DNA from: Ignavibacteria bacterium | Lineage (GTDB): Bacteria > Bacteroidota > Ignavibacteria > Kapaibacteriales > UBA961 | Reading direction: 5' to 3' | Assembly (NCBI GenBank): GCA_947491315.1 | Contig: CANLII010000003.1 | Span: 79,443 to 143,442, forward strand | Length of the DNA stretch: 64,000 bases | Shown here: positions 39,978-49,203 of the stretch, one piece after another | How the letters are laid out: every line of letters starts with the position of its first letter | Position numbering within the stretch: position 1 is the stretch's first letter | Notes under the pieces: generated by a model | What the model was told of the DNA's origin: nothing | The model's input: only the letters and a program-made list of their open reading frames with translations | Databases searched by the model: none | Made by a program: the position numbers and the translations under genes

Positions 39978-40763
39978 ATGAAATCCAATGTTCAATATTA
40001 CCTATCTATTGCATCGCTGAGGAATATAGTTTCTCAGGCTTGCTTGGTAGTGGCTACAATTCTAGTTTCCTGTTCCGGAGTGAAGCAAACCGGAGAAATC
40101 AAGGATGCTGAGACTGCATATACTGCGGGTATTGAAGCATTTAAGGGTGAGGATTATTTCGAGGCACAAAGACTATTCGATGTCATTCGATTGCAATTTC
40201 CAACAACGCAATATGCCGATGATGCTCAATACTATCTTGGCGAGATTAGTTTTGCTCGCAAAGAGTATGTCATGGCCGCTTTCAATTATGGCATGGTTCG
40301 AAGAAGTTACCCTACAAGTTCATTAAACAAATCGGCATTGTTCAAAACTGGCATGTGCTATTATGAATTGGCGCCTCCCGCAGACAGAGATCAAGATTAT
40401 ACCAAGAAGGCAATTTCAAGCTTTTCGGAATTTCAGGCAATCTATCCATCAGATTCCTTATATGAAGAAGCCGGAAAACACATCGTTGAACTTCGTAATA
40501 GGCTTGCTGAAAGAGAGTTGATAACCGCAGAATTATACAGAAATCTATATTCTAATAGGTCTGCATTGATTTATTATGATGTTATCATTGACGATTATCC
40601 TGATACCGAGCACTATGAAACCGCATTTGCTGGTAAAATTGAATCGCTCATTGCGCTTAGAAGATATGATGAAGCTAAGTCAATGATTGAATTGTATAGA
40701 AAAAGGTTTACTAGTGGTACATTGAAGTCGGCAGTAGAGGTAGCGGAACAATCCATTCCTTAA
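39978..40763 (+). CDS. bamD: Outer membrane protein assembly factor BamD (TPR lipoprotein)
   Basis: Lipobox-like ILVSCSG, then AYTAGIEAFKGEDYFEAQRLFDVIRLQFPTTQYADDAQYYLGEISF. Confidence 0.8.
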   Translation: MKSNVQYYLSIASLRNIVSQACLVVATILVSCSGVKQTGEIKDAETAYTAGIEAFKGEDYFEAQRLFDVIRLQFPTTQYADDAQYYLGEISFARKEYVMAAFNYGMVRRSYPTSSLNKSALFKTGMCYYELAPPADRDQDYTKKAISSFSEFQAIYPSDSLYEEAGKHIVELRNRLAERELITAELYRNLYSNRSALIYYDVIIDDYPDTEHYETAFAGKIESLIALRRYDEAKSMIELYRKRFTSGTLKSAVEVAEQSIP

Positions 40764-40776
40764 CAATGAGTAAACA

Positions 40777-41292
40777 ATGCAGAAACATGGTGAAATAAAA
40801 GGTAAAGCCCCATCAGAGTCAATTGTTGAGATGACAAATCTCGTTTTACCCAATGATACAAATCAACTAGGTAATTTGCTTGGTGGCCGGTTGATGCATT
40901 GGATTGACATTGCAGCTGCTTTGGCCGCTATGCGACATTCCGGCAAAGTTTGCGTGACCGCATCGGTAGATGTCATCAACTTTTTCGAGCCAATAAAGCT
41001 TGGGCATGTTGTCCGTGTACTATCTAGTGTCAATCGCGCCTTCTCTACATCTATGGAAATTGGAGTGAAGGTATTCCGAGAAGATCCTCTTCATGGTGTA
41101 CAATTGCATACATCCAGTGCATATCTAACATTCGTAGCTATCGATCAATATGGCAAACCTTTGCAAGTTCCGCCAATTACACCTGTGACATCTGATGATA
41201 TTATAAGATATGAAGAAGCTGGAATCAGAAGAGAGCAGAGATTGAAAAATAGAGAACTTCTCAAGGAAGCTAGAAAGAAAACATCTGGGTAG
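40777..41292 (+). CDS. Acyl-CoA thioesterase (hotdog fold, YciA-like)
   Basis: VLPNDTNQLGNLLGGRLMHWIDIAAALAAMRH...VTASVD... Confidence 0.8.
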   Translation: MQKHGEIKGKAPSESIVEMTNLVLPNDTNQLGNLLGGRLMHWIDIAAALAAMRHSGKVCVTASVDVINFFEPIKLGHVVRVLSSVNRAFSTSMEIGVKVFREDPLHGVQLHTSSAYLTFVAIDQYGKPLQVPPITPVTSDDIIRYEEAGIRREQRLKNRELLKEARKKTSG

Positions 41293-41484
41293 TGTTTTAT
41301 TGTACCTAAAGTATATGCCTACTACATAGTTTTCAAAAAAAAAACTATACTTTTGTTTGTTCATTTTTTCTTATTTTTACAACAAAATTGATATCGCTTT
41401 AACTTTGAACGAGTTAGATGTTATTTTTTTTAAAAACGCGATTGTACATTATTTTCTTTTTAAATAGTAGTTATTGAGGTTTTC

Positions 41485-43077
41485 ATGAAGAACTTATTCC
41501 TAGTTCTGACACTTGCAGCGGTGCTTATGCTTACTAGCTCGGCATCAGCTCAAATTCCAAGAATCTTGTCTATGCAAGGTGTTCTGCTTGATGCAAATAA
41601 TCAGCCTTTGGCAGATGGCATGTATAATATGACTTTCCGTATATATGATGCACAGTCAGGTGGAAACATGTTGTTTGAAGAGTACTTTGCAGTACCCGTA
41701 ACAGATGGTAACTACCTCGCATTGATTGGTGAAAAAAATGCTTTGAATTTGGCATTTGACAAACCATATTGGATGTCGGTCACACCCGATGGTGGCAAAG
41801 AAGCACCAAGAATGCAATTGACAACTTCACCATATGCATTCAAAGCAGTTATGACTGAAAAGGCTGATACAGCGACTTTCGCAACAAAAGCAGCTCATGC
41901 TGTTGTTGCTGATGCTGCAGTTCCAAGTGGTCCTGCTGGCGGAGTACTTTCAGGTACATATCCAAACCCAACCTTGGGAGTTGGTGCTGTTACAACAAAT
42001 GCAATTGCAGACCGTGCAATCACAAGAGAAAAAATCGATCCTAGCGCATTGGTGCTTTATGGTTTGGCTTCTGGTGATCTTACCGGTGATTATCCAAATC
42101 CAAAAATTGCAGTTGGTGCGGTGAAAACAGATCGTATTTCTGATCTTGCTGTCATCACTGAAAAATTGGCAAATGGAGCAGTAACTTCAGCTAAACTTGC
42201 AGACAATAGCATTGCAGTAAACAAAATTGCTGATAATGCGATCACATCAAACAAAATCAGTACACCATTTATTGCTTCAAGAACAATAGATAATGCCGGC
42301 AATAGTGAGTCAGTATTTTGGATGAATAATACCGGAACTGGTCATACTTTGAGAGTTACTGGTACAGGTACAGGAACATCGCTTTCAGCAGAAGCTGGAG
42401 CAAGTGGTGTTGCAGCAAGATTTACAGGTAAAGTTGAAGCTCTTGGTCTTGTTGATGCTCGTGGATCTGTTGTTGCAACAGGTGGCATGACTATTTCAAA
42501 TTCGAATGGCCCATCTGCACTTTCAGTTACTGGTGGTTCTACTATTAACACTTCAGGTGCAGGCAATACTACCGCAATTGGTAACCCAACAAATATTGTT
42601 TTAGTCACAGGTTCTAATGTTTTAGTAAATGGTACAACCAATATCAATACAACAGGTGTTGAGTCAACAAATATTGGTAATGCCTCAACAACCACAACCA
42701 TTTCCGGCAATCTTGCAGTTAGTGGTAAATTGTCAAGTGTGTTTGGTGGTGGTCAATTATCAGGTGCATTGCCTGTAGCTTATGGTAATATAACATCACA
42801 ATCAACAATCAATCCCATAAGCACTACACCAAATATCGCTTCGGTAAGTTATAATGCAGGTGTTTACACAATTAGCATTACTGGCGAAAACTTCAACTTG
42901 AATAATTATGCAGTAGTAGTTTCTCCATATAGCTCCGTACCTGCAGGTGGTGGTTCACCAATCTTGTCAGTAGTTGGTAGCAATGGTTCAAACTTGACAG
43001 TATCAACATGGACATTCTCCGGTGGTACTTTTACACCTTCTACAGCAGCTTTTTCATTTGCTATCTACAAAAGATAA
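41485..43077 (+). CDS. Secreted tail-fibre-like / adhesin-like repeat protein (paralogue 1)
   Basis: Signal peptide MKNLFLVLTLAAVLMLTSSASAQ. N-terminal module IPRILSMQGVLLDANNQPLADGMYNMTFRIYDAQSGG. Duplicated LSGTYPNPTLGVGAV / LTGDYPNPKIAVGAV. Decapeptide repeats AVITEKLANG AVTSAKLADN SIAVNKIADN AITSNKISTP. Thr/Gly/Ser-rich tract. No T9SS CTD. Confidence 0.6.
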   Translation: MKNLFLVLTLAAVLMLTSSASAQIPRILSMQGVLLDANNQPLADGMYNMTFRIYDAQSGGNMLFEEYFAVPVTDGNYLALIGEKNALNLAFDKPYWMSVTPDGGKEAPRMQLTTSPYAFKAVMTEKADTATFATKAAHAVVADAAVPSGPAGGVLSGTYPNPTLGVGAVTTNAIADRAITREKIDPSALVLYGLASGDLTGDYPNPKIAVGAVKTDRISDLAVITEKLANGAVTSAKLADNSIAVNKIADNAITSNKISTPFIASRTIDNAGNSESVFWMNNTGTGHTLRVTGTGTGTSLSAEAGASGVAARFTGKVEALGLVDARGSVVATGGMTISNSNGPSALSVTGGSTINTSGAGNTTAIGNPTNIVLVTGSNVLVNGTTNINTTGVESTNIGNASTTTTISGNLAVSGKLSSVFGGGQLSGALPVAYGNITSQSTINPISTTPNIASVSYNAGVYTISITGENFNLNNYAVVVSPYSSVPAGGGSPILSVVGSNGSNLTVSTWTFSGGTFTPSTAAFSFAIYKR

Positions 43078-43097
43078 TAGGTAAAATTGTTTAGTTT

Positions 43098-43127
43098 AAA
43101 CCCGATTCTTACGATTCGGGTTTTTTT
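43098..43127 (+). terminator. Rho-independent terminator
   Basis: aaacccga...tcgggttt hairpin followed by a T-run (gggttttttta). Confidence 0.6.
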
Positions 43128-43144
43128 ATATCTAAGGATATCTT

Positions 43145-45442
43145 ATGCGTGGTTTTTTTCAACTACTCGTAACACTTTGTATTTTGTTTCCAATGACAAA
43201 AACCAATGTCATCGGACAAATACCCAAAGAATTAACATATCAGGGACATTTGTTTGATAATCAAGGGACACCTGTCAATGGTATGGTTAGAATGACATTT
43301 AACTTTTATGAAGATACATTATCAAATCAATGGGTCTATCAAGAAGTGCAAGATGTTAATGTAGGTAAAGGTTATTACACTGTCATCATTGGTTCTACTA
43401 AACCAATCAATGTGAGCTTTGAAAAACAATATTTCATGAGTGTTACTATTGATGGTGTAGAATCAAAGAAGATTCCATTTACCACTGCTCCATATTCTAT
43501 ACGAGCACTGGGCGTGACAAATGAATCTGTGTTTGTTGATGACATAAATGCAGGTGGCTCTGATAATGGTGAAGCAATGGTTTCGGATGGTAAAAAGGTT
43601 GATTGGAAACCAATTGTGACATCAATCGTGGGCGATGGTTCCATCAGAGCAAATCGAGTTGGAAGTGATGTTTTTCTTGTCATTCCTCAAGGAGCGATTG
43701 ATGGAAGCAAGATTGAGTCAAATACACTTGATTATGATAGATTCCTCGTCCCCAAAAGTCCGACTGATAAACAATATTTATCATATGATGCAGTAAAGAA
43801 AACACTTATCTGGGTAGATGCACCTGCACTTGCTTTGGCACTTCCATATAAGCAATCAGCAGGATTTACGGATACATTATTCAATATCAGAAATACGAGG
43901 AATGGCCCTGCCGGAAGATTTGTGATTGAAACAAATCCCGGTACTCAGCATGCACTCATTGGAGAGAATAATGGAACTGGAGCTGCCATTGCAGGTTTTG
44001 CAAAAGGAAATGGTTCTGCAGGATTTTTCTCATTGAGCAATGCTAATGGTACAGGTTCTGCAATGAGAGTCGAATCAAATGCGAAGAAGCATGGTATAGA
44101 AGTTACGATGACGAATACGAATACAGCTAAAACATCAGGCATACTTGTTACTAATCAGTCCGGTGCAGATTCGATATCAGGAGTTTTCGGTAATCTCACA
44201 GCCACTGCAGTTGGAAAATCCTCTTCTGCGATTCGTGGTAATATACAAACTGGTGGTTCGAATGGGATAGGAATATTTGGTACGCATTCAGGGACAGGGA
44301 ATGCAATTGTTGGATCTTCCAATTCAGGTATTGGCATTGTTGGAATGAGTTCGGACAGCATAGGAATCATTGCGAAGCATCTTGGTGATGTAAGTGCACA
44401 TCCTGCACTATATGCAGAATCTGCTTCCATGTTGGACTCTGCCAATGCAATTTATGCTTCCATGTCAGCAACTCAATTGGGGGTTGCTACTTCAGCAATT
44501 TATGGAGAAATCCCACTCACGGGTAATCGAGGGACAGGTGTGATTGGAAAGCATAAAGGAGCCGGAATCGGAGTGGAAGGAATCTCCCAGCAAGGCATTG
44601 GATTGCATGGAATTTCTGCCTTATCGAATGGAGTTTATGGACTTCATACTGCCACAACTGGGAGTCAAGCTGGAGTATTCGGTGCAACCACATCTCTAGA
44701 TTCCAATGCAAGTGGAGTTCTTGGATCCATTGACCAATTAAATCCGGGAATTTTTTCAGCCGGCATTAAAGGATCAAATAATTCCAAGAATGCAAAAGGT
44801 TATGGAGTTTTTGGAATACATGCAGGTCAAGGAGCCGGAGTATATGGCACAAGTCAAAGTGGGCCAGCAATTTCTGCTTTTACTGCAAATAGCTCAGTTC
44901 AAGGCATTGGTGTGAAATCAGTGGTAGAAGGAAAAAATGCAATTGCACTTCAAGCTCGCACAAGCTCAACGATAGGACTTCAATACGGAGTTGACGCAGT
45001 CGTTGCAGGTGACTCAGCCATTGCAATTCGTGGTAAAGCGCCCGTAAATGCCAAGAGAACAAGTTATGCAGGGTATTTTGAAGGTCATGTTGCAGTCGTA
45101 GGTGGAGATATCATGCGTGAATATCAATCGCCAACATCTTCATCACAAAAAAGAATTGCTCCTGTTGCATATGGATCTGTTCAAACTGATGGTGCTGCAT
45201 TGTCCGGAACGGGAAATTTTTCATGTTATTGGGATGTGAGCACAAAACAATACTTCATTACAATTCATAATGAAACATATTCTACTGTTGGATATATTTC
45301 GGTGGCAAATGCAGTGAATCCTAGTGAACCAATCTTTATCACTACAAATCAGGCGGGCGCAGACATATTAGCAATAGCATGCTATAATCTGCAAGGTCAA
45401 AGAGTTCAAACTCCATTTCATTTCATGGTGTATAAACCATAA
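43145..45442 (+). CDS. Secreted Gly-rich-repeat fibre/beta-helix-like protein (paralogue 2 by its termini)
   Basis: Signal peptide MRGFFQLLVTLCILFPMTKTNVIGQ. The N-terminal module IPKELTYQGHLFDNQGTPVNGMVRMTFNFYED is homologous to the upstream gene. The centre holds ~350 aa of short Gly-rich repeats (GIGIFGTHSGTGNAIVGSSNSGIGIVGMSSDSIGII). The C-terminal module is shared with the upstream gene. Confidence 0.6.
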   Translation: MRGFFQLLVTLCILFPMTKTNVIGQIPKELTYQGHLFDNQGTPVNGMVRMTFNFYEDTLSNQWVYQEVQDVNVGKGYYTVIIGSTKPINVSFEKQYFMSVTIDGVESKKIPFTTAPYSIRALGVTNESVFVDDINAGGSDNGEAMVSDGKKVDWKPIVTSIVGDGSIRANRVGSDVFLVIPQGAIDGSKIESNTLDYDRFLVPKSPTDKQYLSYDAVKKTLIWVDAPALALALPYKQSAGFTDTLFNIRNTRNGPAGRFVIETNPGTQHALIGENNGTGAAIAGFAKGNGSAGFFSLSNANGTGSAMRVESNAKKHGIEVTMTNTNTAKTSGILVTNQSGADSISGVFGNLTATAVGKSSSAIRGNIQTGGSNGIGIFGTHSGTGNAIVGSSNSGIGIVGMSSDSIGIIAKHLGDVSAHPALYAESASMLDSANAIYASMSATQLGVATSAIYGEIPLTGNRGTGVIGKHKGAGIGVEGISQQGIGLHGISALSNGVYGLHTATTGSQAGVFGATTSLDSNASGVLGSIDQLNPGIFSAGIKGSNNSKNAKGYGVFGIHAGQGAGVYGTSQSGPAISAFTANSSVQGIGVKSVVEGKNAIALQARTSSTIGLQYGVDAVVAGDSAIAIRGKAPVNAKRTSYAGYFEGHVAVVGGDIMREYQSPTSSSQKRIAPVAYGSVQTDGAALSGTGNFSCYWDVSTKQYFITIHNETYSTVGYISVANAVNPSEPIFITTNQAGADILAIACYNLQGQRVQTPFHFMVYKP

Positions 45443-45443
45443 T

Positions 45444-45480
45444 AAAAAATCCCCGGCAAATTCTGTCGGGGATTCTTTTC
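45444..45480. terminator. Bidirectional rho-independent terminator between convergent genes
   Basis: aatccccg (45448-55) / cggggatt (45467-74), with an A-run upstream and cttttc downstream. Confidence 0.7.
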
Positions 45481-45491
45481 AGCCTCAATGT

Positions 45492-46662
45492 TACCTCAGT
45501 CTTATCTCACGATTAAGAAAGGAATGGCAGAAGTATGTTCATTATGTTCTGTAATCATCAAATAATATGCTCCTTGTGGAAGTGCATTCACTTGAATGTT
45601 TAGTGTTGAACCGGGAGCGATTTCAGAAGAATTCAACACTCCAAGCGTATTGCCAAGTTTGCCGATGATCTTCATGTCACGAATGCGGGCTTCAAACTTG
45701 GATGAGATTGAAAGCATATTGTCGGCAGGATTTGGATATACCGCAAAGCCTCTGCCTTCGCCCAATTCAATGATGCCACTTGGTTGCTTTACTGTTCCGG
45801 TTACTGTGTATGCATACATTCCGACTCCTGTCTTCACATTCAAAGTCTCGGTATATGTTCCGGCATTTGCATTATTGAATTTCACCGTGATCGACATTGT
45901 ATCATCTGCATTGACTGTTACAGGTAATGTTACAGGATTGATAATCGTGAATGATGGACCTGAAATAGACACTGAATCAACTCTCATTGCTTTTGTGCCG
46001 GAATTGATCACATGAATGATCGTATCCTTTCCTGGTGAACCATTCTCTATTGAACCATACTCATAATTTGAAGTAATGACTTCCTCAAAGCATGAAGTGC
46101 CTGATAATGGAAGCAATGTCTCTGAACCAACTGTTGAATTGCTGGCAATCACCAATTCTGCTGTATTGAACTTCTTGTCATCCGGCTTGAATTGTATCTT
46201 CAATGTTCTTGTTGCACCTGCATCAAGATTGAATGAACCTGCACCTTCAATGATGCTGAAATTGGCTTTCTGTGAACCATTGATTGTGATTGAAGAAACA
46301 GTTAATTGTGTTTCACCATCATTCTTGATCAAACCAGTGAGAGTTGTATCTTTCATTGTATTTCTATCAATACAACCGAAATCAATTGTATTTACAGAAA
46401 GCGCGAGTTTGGGTCCGGCCGGAGGTTGAATAACAGATAGATTTATTGGATCTGATTCCACTATTCCACAAGAATTGGTGAGAACGCAATGATAGATACC
46501 ACTATCAGCAAATTGTGTTTGACTGATGGTAAAGATTGCTGTTGTATCTTTCGGCAAGAGGACATCGTTTTTATACCAAGCATACACCAGTGATTCTCCT
46601 GAAGTCACAACGCGCAAGCGAGTTGCAAAACCACGATATACTATTGTGTCAGCTGTTTGTCT
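45492..46662 (-). repeat. Copy A of a 1.17-kb near-identical direct repeat (3' part of the Ig-repeat gene)
   Basis: It matches 48033..49203 at a constant offset of 2541 bp. I spotted 4 mismatches by eye. The antisense ORFs 45596..46015 and 46076..46429 are identical to 48137..48556 and 48617..48970. Confidence 0.9.
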
Positions 46663-47799
46663 AAAAATGTTGGGAGCAGCAAAAACAGATATTTTTACTG
46701 TTTTTTCTTCTGCAATTTCATCACAAGCATTTTTGGCTTGAACGGAATAAGTACCTGCCGCGGTTTGAGAGATACTATTGAAGGTGAGTTCAGGACCTGA
46801 TTCAGACAATAAACTGCCACCTTTTTTCCAGATATAAGTAAATGGTTCGCCATTTGTTCCGCTTGCCACTAGTCTCAAAGTCGTACCGGAACATACGGTT
46901 GAATCATTGGTGAAATTTAAACTGGTAATAGGAGATCCGGTTACGGTGATGATTGCCGGATTTGATGTGACCGGTGAGCCACAAGTACCAGAGACAGTGC
47001 AAGTATATGTACCAGCATCTGCCTGACTCATTGAAGTAATGGTGTATGATGCTTTAGTAGCCGCTATATTAAACCCATTCTTTTTCCATTGATAGGTGAG
47101 ATTTGCACCGGTTGCAACAATAGATAAGACGACTTCTCTGCCCGCACAACCTGATACATCTGATGGGTTTGCCGTAATTGTTGTCACTGAATTGATGGCT
47201 AGAGCTGCAGGTGTGGATATTACTGACTCACAACCAATAACTTGTAATGTATAGATTCCACCATCCCCTGCTTGAAGATTATTCTTTGAATAGTTGGGGA
47301 AAGTTTGTCCTGGCAATGCTTGACCATCTTTATACCATTGATATAGATATGTACCTGCAGGGCTGATCTCCGGTGCAAAGGCGATATTTCCTCCAACACA
47401 GCGATCATAATTTGGATTCATCTGAGTTCTGAATCCAGGCTTTTCTGCAATGGCAAAATTAGCTGTGGTATCACCAGCAGAATTATTGTTCACTCTGATA
47501 AAGCAGCTGATGATGGTTGAAGTTGGCATTGTCACAGTATAGCTTGTGACTGTTTTTGCAACTTGACCTTGATTTATCCAAGTATTACCACCATTCGTAG
47601 AAAGATAAATTTGAGTGAAACTATTCTCCAATGCATTTGCTGTCCAAGTGAGATTCACTTCAGAACCTGTGCATTGAATGCTAGGGTCAGTTAAGGTTTC
47701 CAATGTAATCGTAGCCTGACCGAATGCTTCGAGATTACCAAACAAAAATCCCACAAAGAACACAATGCTTAGCGCTCTTTTGAATAATAAATTGCGCAT
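45502..47799 (-). CDS. Ig-repeat surface protein with choice-of-anchor-D/ASH-like domains and T9SS C-terminal sorting domain (paralogue A)
   Basis: GGAGGA lies 5 nt upstream of the ATG. Signal peptide MRNLLFKRALSIVFFVGFLFGNLEAFGQ. Four I-set-like repeats (YQWYKDGQALPG...GIYTLQV; YQWKKNGFNI...AGTYTCTVSGTCG; YIWKKGGSLL...GTYSVQAKNAC; YAWYKNDVLL...SGIYHCVLTNSCG). Two beta-sandwich domains (LALSVNTIDFG...LIKNDGETQLTVSSITINGS...FSI). CTD FAVYPNPADNMLSISS...GAYYLMITEHNE...IPFLIVR. Confidence 0.8.
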   Translation of the reverse strand: MRNLLFKRALSIVFFVGFLFGNLEAFGQATITLETLTDPSIQCTGSEVNLTWTANALENSFTQIYLSTNGGNTWINQGQVAKTVTSYTVTMPTSTIISCFIRVNNNSAGDTTANFAIAEKPGFRTQMNPNYDRCVGGNIAFAPEISPAGTYLYQWYKDGQALPGQTFPNYSKNNLQAGDGGIYTLQVIGCESVISTPAALAINSVTTITANPSDVSGCAGREVVLSIVATGANLTYQWKKNGFNIAATKASYTITSMSQADAGTYTCTVSGTCGSPVTSNPAIITVTGSPITSLNFTNDSTVCSGTTLRLVASGTNGEPFTYIWKKGGSLLSESGPELTFNSISQTAAGTYSVQAKNACDEIAEEKTVKISVFAAPNIFRQTADTIVYRGFATRLRVVTSGESLVYAWYKNDVLLPKDTTAIFTISQTQFADSGIYHCVLTNSCGIVESDPINLSVIQPPAGPKLALSVNTIDFGCIDRNTMKDTTLTGLIKNDGETQLTVSSITINGSQKANFSIIEGAGSFNLDAGATRTLKIQFKPDDKKFNTAELVIASNSTVGSETLLPLSGTSCFEEVITSNYEYGSIENGSPGKDTIIHVINSGTKAMRVDSVSISGPSFTIINPVTLPVTVNADDTMSITVKFNNANAGTYTETLNVKTGVGMYAYTVTGTVKQPSGIIELGEGRGFAVYPNPADNMLSISSKFEARIRDMKIIGKLGNTLGVLNSSEIAPGSTLNIQVNALPQGAYYLMITEHNEHTSAIPFLIVR

Positions 47800-47966
47800 G
47801 TTTCCTCCACAAAAACGTAAAAAGTATAAATAGTAAAATTAGCTATAGAAGAATGTATTCTCAATGATGTACATCAAGTTTGAAATCCCTGCATTTAACA
47901 AAAGTTCAATAACTGATTATCTTTATTAAAGCATAGCAATGTACTACTTTTATATGACGATATGAA

Positions 47967-48003
47967 AATGCCTCCAAAAGTATGAAACTTTGTGGAGGCA
48001 TTC
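47967..48003 (-). terminator. Terminator-like hairpin downstream of paralogue B
   Basis: aatgcctccaaaag / ctttgtggaggcatt stem with one bulge and loop tatgaaa. The T tract on the minus strand is weak. Confidence 0.4.
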
Positions 48004-48032
48004 ATATAATCGAATGATATTTATTGAGTTAC

Positions 48033-49203
48033 TACCTCAGTCTTATCTCACGATCAAGAAAGGAATGGCAGAAGTCTGTTCATTATGTTCTGTAATCATC
48101 AAATAATATGCTCCTTGTGGAAGTGCATTCACTTGAATGTTTAGTGTTGAACCGGGAGCGATTTCAGAAGAATTCAACACTCCAAGCGTATTGCCAAGTT
48201 TGCCGATGATCTTCATGTCACGAATGCGGGCTTCAAACTTGGATGAGATTGAAAGCATATTGTCGGCAGGATTTGGATATACCGCAAAGCCTCTGCCTTC
48301 GCCCAATTCAATGATGCCACTTGGTTGCTTTACTGTTCCGGTTACTGTGTATGCATACATTCCGACTCCTGTCTTCACATTCAAAGTCTCGGTATATGTT
48401 CCGGCATTTGCATTATTGAATTTCACCGTGATCGACATTGTATCATCTGCATTGACTGTTACAGGTAATGTTACAGGATTGATAATCGTGAATGATGGAC
48501 CTGAAATAGACACTGAATCAACTCTCATTGCTTTTGTGCCGGAATTGATCACATGAATGATCGTATCCTTTCCTGGTGAACCATTCTCTATTGAACCATA
48601 CTCATAATTTGAAGTAATGACTTCCTCAAAGCATGAAGTGCCTGATAATGGAAGCAATGTCTCTGAACCAACTGTTGAATTGCTGGCAATCACCAATTCT
48701 GCTGTATTGAACTTCTTGTCATCCGGCTTGAATTGTATCTTCAATGTTCTTGTTGCACCTGCATCAAGATTGAATGAACCTGCACCTTCAATGATGCTGA
48801 AATTGGCTTTCTGTGAACCATTGATTGTGATTGAAGAAACAGTTAATTGTGTTTCACCATCATTCTTGATCAAACCAGTGAGAGTTGTATCTTTCATTGT
48901 ATTTCTATCAATACAACCGAAATCAATTGTATTTACAGAAAGCGCGAGTTTGGGTCCGGCCGGAGGTTGAATAACAGATAGATTTATTGGATCTGATTCC
49001 ACTATTCCACAAGAATTGGTGAGAACGCAATGATAGATACCACTATCAGCAAATTGTGTTTGACTGATGGTAAAGATTGCTGTTGTATCTTTCGGCAAGA
49101 GGACATCGTTTTTATACCAAGCATACACCAGTGATTCTCCTGAAGTCACAATGCGCAAGCGAGTTGCAAAACCACGATATACTGTTGTGTCAGCTGTTTG
49201 TCT
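48033..49203 (-). repeat. Copy B of the 1.17-kb near-identical direct repeat
   Basis: See copy A. Identity ends abruptly at 49203 (46662 in copy A). Confidence 0.9.

Noticed and set aside
41485-45442. Tail-fibre-like proteins as evidence of a prophage or tailocin.
   Set aside because: No capsid, terminase, baseplate, sheath, integrase or lysis gene lies nearby. The flanking genes are an acyl-CoA thioesterase and the Ig-repeat surface genes, and both proteins have Sec signal peptides. I treat them as cellular surface proteins.
45596-46429. Plus-strand ORFs 45596..46015 and 46076..46429, with identical twins at 48137..48556 and 48617..48970, could be taken for duplicated genes.
   Set aside because: They lie antisense to long minus-strand genes that have clear Ig-repeat, CTD and signal-peptide features, and they have low-complexity translations. 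They are shadow ORFs and are useful only as evidence that the two DNA copies are identical.
45492-49203. The repeat pair considered as a diversity-generating retroelement (template/variable repeat) or another programmed variation cassette.
   Set aside because: At 1.17 kb the repeat is an order of magnitude longer than DGR TR/VR pairs. The four mismatches I saw are of mixed type (T/C, A/C, C/T, A/G), not adenine-specific. No reverse transcriptase, invertase or recombinase gene is in the window.
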